NCBI RefSeq assembly: GCF_044704955.1
Contig: NC_091995.1
Location: 47,182,001 to 47,246,000 of the forward strand
Direction of reading: 5' to 3'
Source of the DNA: Pristiophorus japonicus
Lineage: Eukaryota
Length of the DNA: 64,000 bases
In this document: positions 26,524 through 40,000 of the stretch, in pieces
Layout: each line of letters begins with the position of its first letter
Position numbering within the stretch: position 1 is the stretch's first letter
The notes under the pieces: model-generated
Databases searched by the model: none
What the model was told of the DNA's origin: nothing
The model's input: the letters and a program-made list of their open reading frames with translations, nothing else
Made by a program: the position numbers and the translations under genes

Positions 26524-26800
26524 GTTTCAGAGAGTCGCTCAGTTAAAACTCTGCGCAGTGAGACGGGAAGCGTTTGTAGATTTCTGATCCCCTCCTACGT
26601 TATTCTGCTTATCTCGTTCCATGAAACTCAGTCAATCCATTGGAGAACAAATCACCTCCCGGCACTCGGGAAGGGAAACTCTGGCTCTATTCCCAGCTTT
26701 AGGAACTGCAGGCAGAACTGGATTAGAAAAGAACACACTGGTGAATGGCAAAAGAACACACTGGTGAATGGAGTAAACCTGTGAAACAAATTGAAAACAC
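26524..26800 (-). promoter_or_regulatory. Putative proximal promoter/5'UTR of the class I-like gene
   Basis: Unique DNA upstream of the ATG with a GATA site (CTTATC 26608-26613), an RFX/X-box-like GTTCCATGAAAC (26616-26627), CCAAT on minus (~26639-26643), a kB-like GGGAAACTCT (26673-26682) and a duplicated ~22-bp motif (~26727-26771). Motif matches only. Confidence 0.4.
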
Positions 26801-27161
26801 CAGCGAGAATATTTCCTGCTGAACCTTATCAGTAGCGGTTATAGAGCTGGCTGTTAAAATCAGCAACAATCTCCTATCCCGTGTTTGCACCTTATCAGAA
26901 CAGACGCAAACCTCACTGCCAAATGCAGCCTCGCCTTGTTAAGGTCAAGGAAAGGCTGAGCACAGGCTGTTTAACATTCAATGTTTTTGCTGGGTGATAT
27001 AAAGTTTACAAGCTGTAGAATCTGAAAATTCAACCATCCTCTCTTTAAGTGGAGATGTAAATCTACCTGCTTTGAACAGGTTGAGGCACTGCTAAAATAG
27101 TGAAAAGTGGAATTTCAGACCAAACTACATACACACTACCGAGAAGGTTCATTGCCTCTTA

Positions 27162-27665
27162 TTCATCATCACAGGCGGTCCCTCCAACGAGGATGACTTG
27201 CTTCCACAAGAGTTCACAGATATTTCAATGAAGAACCCAATGTTCCAGTCCTGACCTCCAATTGAGGGGGTGGAAGATGCCTTTTAACCTGTGGTGACCA
27301 TTGCACATCAGCCACCATATGGGCTCGACAAAGCTAGGCCTTTATCCAGTAGTAAGGGATGAACCAGGATGACTGGAGACCTGCTCTGACGCAAGGACAT
27401 GGTGCGCACACATATTGCAGTGTGGCCAGGCCTATGCTACCCTTGGACCCTCGGTTCTTCTGGGCCCCGTACCCTCATTCACCGCACCTTCGCCCACGAT
27501 GCTCCAGGGCCCAGCGCTCCAGCTCTATTTATAGCCCCAACCTGTGGTGCTGTTCTAACAAAGGTCGGGGTGGCTCACGATATTACAGGGACTGGTGCTC
27601 CAGCTCTATTTATAACCCTGACCTGCGGTGATGTTCTCACACAGGTCGGGGTGGCTCACGATGCC
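27162..27665 (-). mobile_element. Non-autonomous SINE-like element with an RTE-type 3' tail
   Basis: Minus 3' end GTGGAAGCAAGTCATCCTCG...GAGGGACCGCCT plus a short TGA repeat matches the RTE 3' end at 50529-50578; internal ~66-bp duplication (~27516-27582 / ~27597-27662); 5' boundary uncertain. Confidence 0.6.
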
Positions 27666-28345
27666 TCTTGAGACATCGTGCCTCTTATTACTTGCTGTAC
27701 CGCTGTATATTTTCTGCCTGAAATTAATGTTGGTAATATTAGTGTGACATGAATGCCTCCAACACAAAATATTTTTGCGTAAATAACTGATGGTCCGTGA
27801 GGTGCCTTCCATTCCGGTCGGAGGCTTTCTTTCGATGTGCATCATACGGGAAGCTGGAGTCATGTGGCCCTGGATCACTTATCACTCTGCAATATTCTCA
27901 TTGATAACACTGAGATCTCCGTTTTTATGAGTTCCCATTATTTACAATGAAAATAAACCCCCCTAAGACAAGAAACAGAACATAACAAATAAATAAAACA
28001 CCTCACATATTTAAAATTAATTAAAGTTAATTAAAGGTTTTCGAGAAAAAAAGCATTTTTTGAACTTTTTTTTAACATGTTTTAATATGTTTAAAATAAA
28101 CTTACCTTAATGGACAGGGTTTTTAACCAAAAAAATGTGTTTTTAAATTTAATGTTTATATGTTTTAAAACTCTTATGCTGTTAGAAGTCGGCTATGTAT
28201 CAGCTTTTACCAAGAGTTTGAAAAATATTCGCTGTGCAAGAGATGGTCAAATAGTCTGATCTCTCCCGCGTGAATGTTCTTCACCCAGGGATGTGGAGCA
28301 TCTGTCAAGAGAAGTCTTTACAGATTAGAAAAGCCAGTTCTCACA

Positions 28346-31300
28346 GGGAGTTTTGCTAATGCTGCTGGGGCGAGTTTAAAGTAGCTTGGCAGGGTGATGG
28401 GAACCTGAGAATAAATTTAAGAGTGAAGGAAGTAAAGCAGGAATTGGATAGCAAGAATCTCGAAAGCGAATCTGTTAGACAGAGGAAACAAGGCTTCGTA
28501 AGTAGTAAGCAAGGAAGTCTCCCTGTGCTAAATGGTATATACTTTAATGCAAGGAGTATAGCAAATAAGGCAGATGAACTGAGAACACGGGTAGACACTT
28601 GGGAGTATGAGATAATAGCCATAACAGAAACATGGCTGAAAGAGGGGCAGGTTTGGCAGATCAATATTCCTGGTTATAGGATTATTAGACAAGATAGAGA
28701 GGGGGGCAAAAAGGGGGGGGGGTGGTTGTTGCAGTACTGATGTAAAAAGCTATTACAGTGTGATGAGGGTTGATATGCCAGAGCGATCATCAAATGAGGC
28801 CATATGGGTCGAATTGAAAAATAAAAAAGGGGCGCTCACACTGCTGGGTGTGTATTATAGACCCCCAAACAGTGGGAGGGAGATAGAGGAGCAAATATAG
28901 AGGCAAATTGCTCTAAAGTCTAAAAACCAGAGGGTAGTAATAGTAGGGGATTTTAACTAATCAAATATTGATTGGGACAAATATAGTGTGAAGGGGATAG
29001 AGGGTGCAGAATTCTGGAAATGCATTCAAGCGAACTTTTTTTAGTCAGTATGTAGCTAGCCCAGCACGAGAGGGGGCGGTCTTGTATTTAGTTTTGGTGA
29101 ATGAAGCTGGGCAGGTTGAAGAAGTATTATTGGGAGAGCACTTGCGTGCCAGCGACCATAATTCAGTCAGATTCAAGTTGATTATTGATAAGGACAGGAT
29201 AGGCCTGGAATAAAAGTCCTGAATTGGGGAAAAGCTAATTTTGGTAAGTTAAGGAGATATTTGGCCATAGTGGACTGGAAACAGCTACTTGTGGGTAAAT
29301 CAATGTCAGAACAGTGTGAGGCATTCAAGGAGACGATTTTGTAAGCTCAGGCCAAACATGTGCCCCAAAAGAAAAAGATTGGGAATAATAATTCTAGAGC
29401 CCCCTGGATGTCTAGGTACTTGCAGGGGAGGATAAAGAAAAAATGGGAAGCTTATGTCATATACCAATGGCTAAATACTATAGAATCTTTAGAGGAATAT
29501 AGAAAGGTAAGAGGAAAAATTGAAAAGGATATTAGGAATGCTAAGAGAAAGCATGAGAAATTCTTGGCCTGTAAAATTAAGGAAAACCGAAGATGTTCTA
29601 TAAATATATTAAGAGTAAGAGGGTAACTAAAGAAAGGGAAGGGCCTATTAGAGACCATGAGGGTAATCTTTGTGTGGAGGCAGAAGATGTTGGTAAGGTT
29701 CTTAACGAATACATTGCATCTGTTTTCACAAAGGAAAGGGGCATTGCAGATACTGCTATCGAGAAGAAGTGTGATATTCTGGATGAAATTAATATAGTGA
29801 GAAAGGAAATACTAAGGGGTTTAGCAGCTTTGAAAGTAGATAAGTACCCAAGCACAGATGAAATGCATCCCAGGCTGTTGAACGAAGTAAAAGAGGAAAT
29901 AGCAGAGGCCTTGACCATCATTTTTCAGTTCTCTTCGGATATAGGCATGGTGCTGGAGGATTGAAAGACTGCTAATGTAGTACCCTTGTTTAAGAAGGGA
30001 AAAATGGATAGGCCGAGTAAATACAGGCCTGTCAGCCTAACCTCAATGGTGGGAAAATTATTGAAAAAGATGCTGAAAGACAAGATAAATCTACATTTGG
30101 AAAGGCAAGGATTAATTAGGGACAGTCAGCACGGATTTGCTAAGGGAAGATTGAGTTTGCCTAATCTGATGGAATTTTTGGAGGAGGTAACCAAGAAGGT
30201 CTATGAAGGTCGTGCGTACGATGTAGTATATGTGGACTTTATCAAAGCTTTTGATAAGGTCCCACATGGTAGACTGGTCATGAAGGTTAAAGTCCATGGG
30301 ATCCAGGGCAAAGTGGGAAGTAGGATCCAAAATTGGCTTGGAAGCAGGAAGCAAAGAGGAATGATTGATGGATGTTTTTGTTACGGGAAGGATGTTTCCA
30401 GTGGGGTTCCGCAGGGCTCAGTCCCATGCTTTTTGTGGTATATATCAACGATTTAGATTTGAATATAGTGAGTATGATTAAGAAGTTTGCAGATGACACT
30501 AAAATTGGCTGTGTGGTTAATAATGAAGAGGAAAGTCATAGAAACATAGAAACATAGAAAATGGGTGCAGGAGTAGGCCATTCGGCCCTTCGAGCCTGCA
30601 CCGCCATTCAATGAGTTCATGGCTGAACATGCAACTTCAGTACCCCATTCCTGCTTTCTTGCCATATCCCTTGATCCCCCTAATAGTAAGGACTACATCT
30701 AACTCCTTTTTGAATATATTTAGTGAATTGGCCTCAACAACTTTCTGTGGTAGAGAATTCTACAGGTTCACCACTCTCTTGGTGAAGAAGTTTCTCCTCA
30801 TCTCGGTCCTAAATGGCTTACCCTTATCCTAAGACTGTGACCCCTGGTTCTGGACTTCCCCAACATTGGGAACATTCTTCCTGCATCGAACCTGTCTAAA
30901 GCCGTCAGAATTTTAAACGTTTCTATGCGATCCCCTCTCATTCTTCTGAACTCCAGTGAATACAAGCCCAGTTGATCCAGTCTTTCTTGATATGTCAGTC
31001 CCACCATCCCGGGAATCAGTCTGGTGAACCTTCGCTGCACTCCCTCAATAGCAAGAATGTCCTTGCTCAAGTTAGGAGACCAAAACTGTACACAATACTC
31101 CAGGTGTGGCTTCACCAAGGGCCTGTACAACTGTAGTAATACCTCCCTGCCCCTGTACTCAAATCCCCTCGCTATGAAGGCCAACGTGCCATTTGCTTTC
31201 TTAACCGCCTGCTGTACCTGCATGCCAACCTTCAGTGACTGATGTACCATGACACCCAGGTCTCATTGCACCTCCCCTTTTCCTAATCTGTCACCATTCA

Positions 31301-32115
31301 GATAATAGTCTGTCTCTCTGTTTTTACCACCAAAGTGGATAACCTCACATTTATCCACATTATACTTCATCTGCCATGCATTTGCCCACGCACCTAACCT
31401 ATCCAAGTCACTCTGCAGCCTCATAGGATCCTCCTCGCAGCTCACACTGCCACCCAACTTAGTGTGATCTGCAAATTTGGAGATACTACATTTAATCCCC
31501 TCATCTAAATTATTAATGTACAATGTAAACAGCTGGGGCCCCAGCATAGAACCTTGTGGTACCCCACTAGTCACTGCCTGCCATTTTGAAAAGTACCCAT
31601 TTACTCCTACTCTTTGCTTCCTGTCTGACAACCAGTCCTCAAACCACGTCAGCACACTAACCCCAATCCCACGTGCTTTAACTTTGCACATTAATCTCTT
31701 GTGTGGGAACTTGTCGAAAGCCTTCTGAAAGTCCAAATACACCACATCAACTGGTTCTCCCTTGTCCACTCTACTGGAAACATCCTCAAAAAATTCCAGA
31801 AGATTTGTCAAGCATGATTTCCCTTTCACAAATCCATGCTGACTTGGACCTATCATGTCACCTCTTTCGAAATGCGCTGCTATGACATCTTTAATAATTG
31901 ATTCCATCATTTTACCCACTACCGATGTCAGGCTGCAGGAGGATATCAAACTACTGGTCAGGTGGGCAGAGCAGTGGCAAATGGAATTTAATTCAGAGAA
32001 GTGTGAGGTGATGCACTTTGGGAGGGCTAATAAGGAAAAGGTATACACATTAACTGGTAGGCCACTTAATAGTGTAGACGAAAAAAGAGACCTTGGAGTG
32101 CTTGTCCACAGAACT
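28346..32115 (+). mobile_element. Older CR1 LINE (ORF1 end, EN, RT), split by a nested CR1 at 30537-31935 and truncated at the Tx1 element
   Basis: YFNARSI, AITETWL, YRPVSLTS and FADD fragments; host sequence resumes at 31930 (RLQEDI...DLGVLVHR). Confidence 0.9.
30537..31935 (-). mobile_element. Young 5'-truncated CR1 nested in an older CR1
   Basis: RT ORFs 31263-31935 and 30798-31250; tail (CATAGAAA)n on + at 30537. Confidence 0.95.
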
Positions 32116-32735
32116 CTTTTGGGAGGAACTAAAACATTAATTCTTCAATCGTGTCCCCCCGATCTGGGGGGGGGGCACACAAAACATTTACAAGGCCTTT
32201 TTTTTGTGTTTTTTTTGTGATTTTTTTTTTGTGTTTTTGGTTTTTTTAAAAGTTTTTTTGGGCACTAAAATCATATATATATTTTTTTTCTTCCAAGTGC
32301 CCCCTATAAAAGGGGAGGGGGACTCTAAAAACACAGGCAATTAAAACAAATTAAACTTTAAAACATAAAATCAAATTAAAATTTGGTTGCCGGGCGTGAT
32401 GATGCACTCCAGTCCCTCCGGTGCCCGCCTCTCACGGAAGGCCGCGAGCGTACCGGTGGACACCGCGTGCTCCATCTCCAAGGACACCCTGGCGCGGATG
32501 TACGTGCGGAAGAGAGGTAGGCAGTCAGGTTGAACGACCCCCTCAACCGCCCACTGCCTGGACCGGCTGATGGCACCCTTGGCCGTGCCCAGGAGCAGTC
32601 CTACGAGGAGGCCCTCGGAATTATCCGCTCCCCTCCGCACAGGGTGCCCAACGATCAGGAGTGTGGGACTGAAGTGCAGCCAGAATTTCAGGAGCATCCC
32701 CTTTAAATAATAAAACAGGGGCTGCAACCTCGTGC

Positions 32736-34032
32736 ATTTGTGAAAGGGAAATCATGCTTGACAAATCTTCTGGAATTTTTTGAGGATGTTTCCAGTAGAG
32801 TGGATAAGGGAGAACCAGTTGATGTGGTATATTTGGACTTTCAGAAGGCGTTCGACAAGGTCCCACACAAGAGATTGATGTGCAAAGTTAGAGCACATGG
32901 GATTGGGGGTAGTGTACTGACATGGATTGAGAACTGGTTGTCAGACAGGAAGCAAAGAGTAGGAGTAAATGGGTACTTTTCAGAATGGCAGGCAGTGACT
33001 AGTGGGGTACCGCAAGGTTCTGTGCTGGGGCCCCAGCTGTTTACACTGTACATTAATGATTTAGATGAGGGGATTAAATGTAGTATCTCCAAATTTGCGG
33101 ATGACACTAAGTCGGGTGGCAGTATGAGCTGCGAGGAGGATGCTGTGAGGCTGCAGAGCGACTTGGATAGGTTAGGTGAGTGGGCAAACGCATGGCAGAT
33201 GAAGTATAATGTGGATAAATGTGAGATTATCCACTTTGGTGGTAAAAACAGAGAGACAGACTATTATCTGAATGGTGACAGATTAGGAAAAGGGGAGGTG
33301 CAAAGAGACCTGGGTGTCATGGTACATCAGTCATTGAAGGTTGGCATGCAGGTGCAGCAGGCGGTTAAGAAAGCAAATGGCATGTTGGCCTTCTGAGCAA
33401 GGGGATTTGAGTACAGGGGCAGGGAGGTGTTGCTACAGTTGTACAGGGCATTGGTGAGGCCACACCTGGAGTATTGTGTACAGTTTTGGTCTCCTAACCT
33501 GAGGAAGGACATTCTTGCTATTGAGGGAGTGCAGCGAACGTTCACCAGACTGATTCACGGGATGGCGGGACTGACCTATCAAGAAAGACTGGATCAACTG
33601 GGCTTGTATTCACTGGAGTTCAGAAGAATGAGAGGGGACCTCATAGAAACATATAAAATTCTGACGGGGTTAGACAGGTTAGATGCAGGAAGAATGTTCC
33701 CAATGTTGGGGAAGTCCAGAACCAGGGGTCACAGTCTAAGGATAAGGGGTAAGCCATTTAGGACCGAGATGCGGAGGAACTTCTTCACCCAGAGAGTGGT
33801 GAACCTGTGGAATTCTCTACCACAGAAAGTTGTTGAGGCCAATTCACTAAATATATTCAAAAAGGAGTTAGATGAGGTCCTTACTGCTAGGGGGATCAAG
33901 GGGTATGGCGAGAAAGCAGGAATGGGGTACTGAAGTTGAATGTTCAGCCATGAACTCATTGAATGGCGGTGCAGGCTAGAAGGGCCGAATGGCCTACTCC
34001 TGCACCTATTTTCTATGTTTCTATGTTTCTAT
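32736..34032 (+). mobile_element. Young 5'-truncated CR1 inserted in the Tx1 ORF2 zinc-finger region
   Basis: RT ORFs 32740-33933 with one internal stop; tail ttctatgtttctatgtttctat; ATT present at both junctions. Confidence 0.95.
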
Positions 34033-37000
34033 TCAATAAAAACATGGGACACGGACTCTTCCAGACCGCAGAAATTGCAGGCGGCCTGGGAGCCCGTGAA
34101 CCGGCTTAAAAATTTATTGCACAGTACTGCTCCGTGCAACACCCTCCAGGCCAAGTCCCCGATAAATAGTGGGAGGACTCCCGCGTAGAGTGCCTTCCAT
34201 CGGGGACCCCCGCCTCCTCCGGACGGCAAGATGGTACGCCATGGCGTGTCCGGATGGCAGGCGAGGATGGCAAAGTTGAGAGTGTGCAGGAGCAGCCCGT
34301 ACAGGAAACCCAACGCACGGAACAGAAAGGCACGGAGGGGATTTCCTCGAGGCGGCTCAAGTTGTGTGGCGCCGGCTCCCGAGGGAGGTTCCGGGGTTGG
34401 GCGCCGATGAGGAATCCCGTCCGGACGGGGGTCAGTTTGGACGGGATCTCCCCACGTGCTTGAGCCTCCTCGATGCATCTAACGGAGTCAGGGCCCAGAG
34501 CTTTTTTATTAGCGACTCGATGGCATCGGCCGCGCGGCGGACGTTGGCAGAATTTAGGCGCCGCGCCAGCGTGTCTGGTGCCATCCAGCCCGCTCTTCCA
34601 CCATCGAGCAGGTCCCTGACCCTGGTCACCTCACCAGCCACAGCCCTCTCGTCCGACCGCCACCTAAAACCTCGGTCGTGGAGGTACGGATTCCCGAGCA
34701 GCGGCTCCTGCAGGACAGCCGCCACTCCAGCCGGTGGAGAGCTGCGCTTGGTGGAGACTTTGTTCCAGACCCTGGTGAGTTCCTTGTAAAAGACAGGCAG
34801 CTCCTGGAAGGCGGTCCTGACGCCCCCCAAGCTCACAAAGAGGAGCTGCGTGTCGTAGTTGAGGCCGTGCTGCTGGCGGAAGAAATACGTCACCAGAGCA
34901 CGCCACCTGGGAGGGGGCTCGACATAAAGGTATCTCTGCAGGGTCTGAAGACGGAAAGTCGCGAGCTGGGTGCTGACGCACACCAATGACTGACCGCCCT
35001 CCCCAAGCGGGAGCCTCAAGACCGCGGCAGAGACCCAGTGCTTCCTGTTGTTCCAGAAGAAGTCCACCAGCTTCTTCTGTATCTTGGTGACAAACGCAGG
35101 GGGAGGGGTCAAAGTGACCAGCCGGTACCACAACATGGCGGCCACCAGCTGATTTATGACTAGCGCTCGACCCCTGTAGGACAGCACTCGGAGCAGTCCT
35201 GTCCAGCGCCCTAGGCGAGCGGCGACCTTGGCCTCCAGCTCTTGCCAGTTTGCCGGCCAGGCTTCCTCGTCGGGGCTAAGGTAGACTCCCAGATAGAGGA
35301 GATGGGTCATACTCCAGGCAAAAGGCCTGAGCTCCTCCGGCAGGGAGTCCACCCGCCACTGACCCACCAGAAGTCCGGAACATTTCTCCCAGTTGATCCT
35401 GGCGGAGGATGCAGCCGAGTAAATCTCCTGGCACTCACGCATCCTCCGCAGGTCAGCGGGATCCTCTACCACGAGGAGCACGTCATCGGCGTAAGCCGAG
35501 AGGATGACCTCCACGCCCGGCCCTTGCAGAGCCAGTCCCGTCAACCTCGTCCGCAGGAGGCGCAGGAAAAGCTCCACGCAAACGGCGTATAACTGGCTGG
35601 ATATGGGGCATCCCTGGCGCACCCCTCTCCCAAAGCGAAGGGGCGCCATCAAGGACCCGTTAACGTTTATCAGACATTCCGCGGCGGCATACAAAAGTCG
35701 GATCTAGGTGACGAAATGCGTCCCGAACCCGAAAGCGTGCAGAGTTCCGAACAGATAGTCGTGACCCACCCTGTCGAACGCCTTCTCTTGGTCGAGAGAT
35801 AGGAAGGAGACCGACAGACCAGCCTCCTGGGAATGATGGATGAGGTCCCGGACCAGATGGATGTTATCGTGGATTGTCCGGCCCGGGACCGTGTAAGACT
35901 GGTCGGGGTGGATCATGTGGTCCAGCACGGCGCCAAGGCGAGCAGACATCGCCCTGGCGAAGATTTTGTAGTCCGTGCTGAGGAGGGAGACCGGGCGCCA
36001 GTTCTTAAGGAAGCGGAGATCGCCCTTCTTCGGCAGCAGGACGATGACTGCCCTGCGCCAAGAGAGGGGCATCTCCCCGGTCGCCAGACTTTCCCCCAGG
36101 ACCCGGGCGTAGTCGCCCCCCAGGACATCCCAGAACGCCCTGTGGAACTCCATGGTCAGCACGTCCAGCTCCGGGGCTTTTCCCCTTGAGAGCCGGTCGA
36201 GGGCGCCGGTCAGCTCCGCCAGGCTTAGCGGAGCTTCCAGATTTTCGGCGCCCTCCGGGCTGACCTTCGGCAGGTCCTCCCACAAAACTCTACGCGCTTC
36301 CTCGCTGGACGGCTCCGGAGAGAACAGAGCCCCGTAATATTCACGGGCCCTGTTGTTGACGCACTCCGTTTCCAAGACGAGAGAGCCGTCGTCGGCCAGC
36401 AGCGTCAAGAGCTGCTTACGGACAGCGAGTAGAAGAAGGTGGAGCCGCGGTCCAGATCCCGCAGGAACCGGATCCGCGACCTCACGAACGCGCCTTGGGA
36501 CCCGACGAGCTGCAGGTCCTACAGCGCGGCCTTCTTCGCTTCGTACACCGTCCGCAGGGCCGGGTCCTGGACGGCTTGACCGAGACGGGCTTCCAGGTCG
36601 AGCACCTCTTTTTCTAGGCCGCCCGCCTCTTGGTCGACCACCTCGCGTACTCTTGACAGAAGACGCGGACGTGAGCCTTGCCCACGTCCCACCATAGCCT
36701 CAAGGAGGGGATGCCCTCCTGCTTCCTTCTCCAGTCGGCCCAGAAGTGATGGAACGATTCCTGGAACCGCACGTCCTCCAGCAGCTGGTTGTTACAATGC
36801 CAGTACGCGGACCCCGTCCTCGCGCGGAGCGAAGCGAGCTCCGCCCACACCAGGTGGTGGTCCGAACACGGCACCGGTCACATGGAGGCCGCCGGGACGC
36901 AGGAAACGTACGCCCGAGACACATAAAGGCGGTCGACTCTGGACCATCCTACTCCAGGCCTCACCCAAGTAAAGGCGCTGGAGTCGGGATGGAGATTTCG

Positions 37001-40000
37001 CCAGACGTCCACCAAGTCGAAGGACCCGACCAGGTCCCTCAACTTCTCCATCGCCGTCTTGCTCTGCGGGGCACCGGAGTGGTCCCTTGCCTCGAGGGTG
37101 CAGTTAAAATCCCCCCCGAGGACAATGCAGTCGCCGACGTCGACGGAGCCAAGAAGAGCGGACACTTCTTCGAAGAAGCGTGTTTGCTGCGGGCCGGGCT
37201 GAGGGGCGTACACGTTCACGAGATGGAGTGGCACGTCCCCCAGGCGAACCGTGACGTGCAGCCTGGCACGGGCTCCTCGACCCCCAAGATCTCCGGCTGA
37301 AAATGCGGGGCCAACAAGATGGCCACCCCACAAGAAGTGTTAGTGAGGTGGCTCATGCGGACCTCCCCTTGCCATTCTAGGAGCCACGTGGCTTCGTCTC
37401 CCGGAACGGTGTGGGTTTCTTGCAGGAAGCACACCGCATATTTCCCCTCCCGCAGGAGCGAAAAATTGTTAAATCTACGGTGTGCCTCTCTGCCGCCGTT
37501 GATGTTGAGGCTGGCTATGGTTATCTTCATGGCAAAAGCATAGTGCAACCTCTACCTAAGCTATTGTGGCGGGGGGAGTGGAGTCGTTTGTTGACCTCAA
37601 CTCCTTCAGCAGCCCAGCGAGGAACTTTTTGAGCCGGCGCAGCTCAAGGCCTTGCGCCTTTGATAAGGGCCCGCCCGCGGCCATGGTTTTAGCGGCGGCG
37701 CGGACGGATGCGATGAGCAGCCCCGGCTCGGAACCTCTTTCCAGGGCCAGATGAGTTCGGTTGTGGCGACCCTGGCTCTGGACCAAAAAGTCCCAGAGTT
37801 CCTTTGCAGGAATGAGGGGGCACTCAGCGGCGGGCACGAGGAGATCCACCGCCTCACTGGCGATGGACTCGAGATCTTCTCCCGAGTCCCCCACCGAGTC
37901 CCCGTCCCCCTCCGGGAGGTCGCCGCCAGCAGCCGGCCCGTCGACCGCACGAGGTACGGCAAATGGCCCGCCCGCTCCATCCGACCCTGGCTCTGCCCCG
38001 ATCCCACCCCCAGGATCGTCGGCAGAGGAGTCCCCATTGGGCTCTTTTAACAGCGGTGCTGGGTGATGAAGCGACAGCGGAAGGGGTTCCTCCTCCGCCC
38101 CAGGAGCTGGGGAACGCGGAGAGGCCTGGTCAAAGAAATGTTCCAGGTCCTCCAAGTACCCCAGCCCCAAAGTTGGGGGCGAGGGTTGTTGTTCTTCCCC
38201 CTCCCCGCCGCCACCCCCCGGCCCAACGTGTACAGATTCATTAAAATTGTTAACATATTTTGTTACTTCCGGGCCGAGCGACTCCCGGGGGAAGTTGGTT
38301 AATAGCTGGGCGGGCTCAGGTTCGGCCTTTTCGGCCCCGCCCGCCTCAGTCCCCGGGATGCTCGACCCGGCGGCAATGCATTCCTCCGCTGGCCCCACGC
38401 CCCCCACGACAGGCAGATCTTCCACGCCATCCGCGGGAGGCAGAGGCTGGGCAGCCTCAACTGTCTCACCCTCCCTGGGGACAGACTCCTCTCGCCTATG
38501 GCACAGTTTGAGGGCGCTGGTTGGGGACGCGGGACACGCGGTGGGCACCGACTCCTCCGCGGAGGGATGTTGTTCCCCCTCCGCCTCATTGGAGCGGCGC
38601 CTCCTTTTGTTCCTGGGGGGGCGCGGAGGCAGGGGGACCACCAAGTCTGCCGAGGCCTCCCGCTCCACTCCCCCCTTCTTCTTATCTTGCCCGCGCCCAA
38701 GCCCCTATATGATATTGTTCAAGGGCTCGGGCATGTGCTCAGGGAACCCCGTGCTCGCCGGTGACAGGGTTGGGCTGAGCGCGGTGATCAAATTTTCTGG
38801 CGTACTGAGGGGACCCGCCTCGAGATGTTTCGCCTTCCTCCGCGCCTTCCTTCTGATCGGACGCTCTCCCTCCCCCCGCCAGAGGCTGTGAAAACAAAGG
38901 CCCCCGACGATGCCCGCGCACCCACAGCTCCCGGCACGCGGACGCTACTAGAGGGAGGGGTGGCGGCGGCGCCAGCCTTGGCCGCCTTTGGTGGTTTGGC
39001 TGCCTTGGAGGCGGGGCAGTTCTTGCGAACGTGCTCCACCTCCCTACAGGCATGGCACCGCACACCATCCGACATCCAGAAGACGCGGTACGCAGTCCCC
39101 TCGTGCACCACATTAAATGATCCCTCCGTCGTCTCCTCCCACGCCAGCCGGACAAAAAGCTGGCGACGGAAGGAGAACACGTGGTGCAGGCTGCTCTCCC
39201 TGAGGCCGAGCGGTATGGGGTTGATCCTGACCTTACCTCCCCCAGTTGGTGTCGGTGAGGGAGGAGGAGCTCAGCGGGATCAAAGGGCGGGACGTTTGAA
39301 AGGATGACCCTCTGCGTGGTGGCCTCGAGAGGGTCCACCGGCAGGAACGTCCCGCCCACGGTGAGCCCCTTTTCAAGGGCCAGGGACACCACCCGCTCCG
39401 ACCCCAGGAAGAATACAGCCTTCCCAGACATCTTGGAGGCTGCGACAATGGCCGAGGGGCCGACTACCCCAGCCATCGCCTGCACGCACTCCTCAATGCT
39501 CATTGTGGGGTGAGTGTAGCTCTTGACCCCGTGTTTCTTTGTTATTAGTCTGAAAGGTGGCAGGGCAGCAGGAGGCGCAGGAGGCGCCGTGGATGTGGAC
39601 GCCGCCTGCGCATATGTCCTAGCTGGCCCTGCCACCGGCGTGGATGGGGTCGCCATCACGGGGTCCCTTTAAGGGCTACACCCACCCCAAAGTCACAGGC
39701 CTTAATGGTCTTAAATGGCCTCGTTGGTGTTTGAACAGAGGGAGCTCTAAAAGAGGCACACCTCTCCCCGAGTTGACAATTGGGGAGGGGCCTTGCTCCC
39801 TCTGCTCAGTTGTCTTGTAATTGATTTCCAATTTGGAGAAAGGGGCTCTCAGAGAGAGAGGGGAGAGACAGAGAGAGAGAGAAAGTTAGGGGGGGTGGGG
39901 AAGAGGGAAACTGTGAGGGCAGATCTCCCCTCACAGCGATGGGTGGGTGTTTTTCTTGGGGTGCACTCCTACCAGATGATGGCAAAACAAACACAGTCTT

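Noticed and set aside
27870-28330. AT-rich MITE-like fragment (similar hints at ~4700-4950 and ~59925-60116)
   Set aside because: Paired termini or TSDs could not be defined from the sequence alone.
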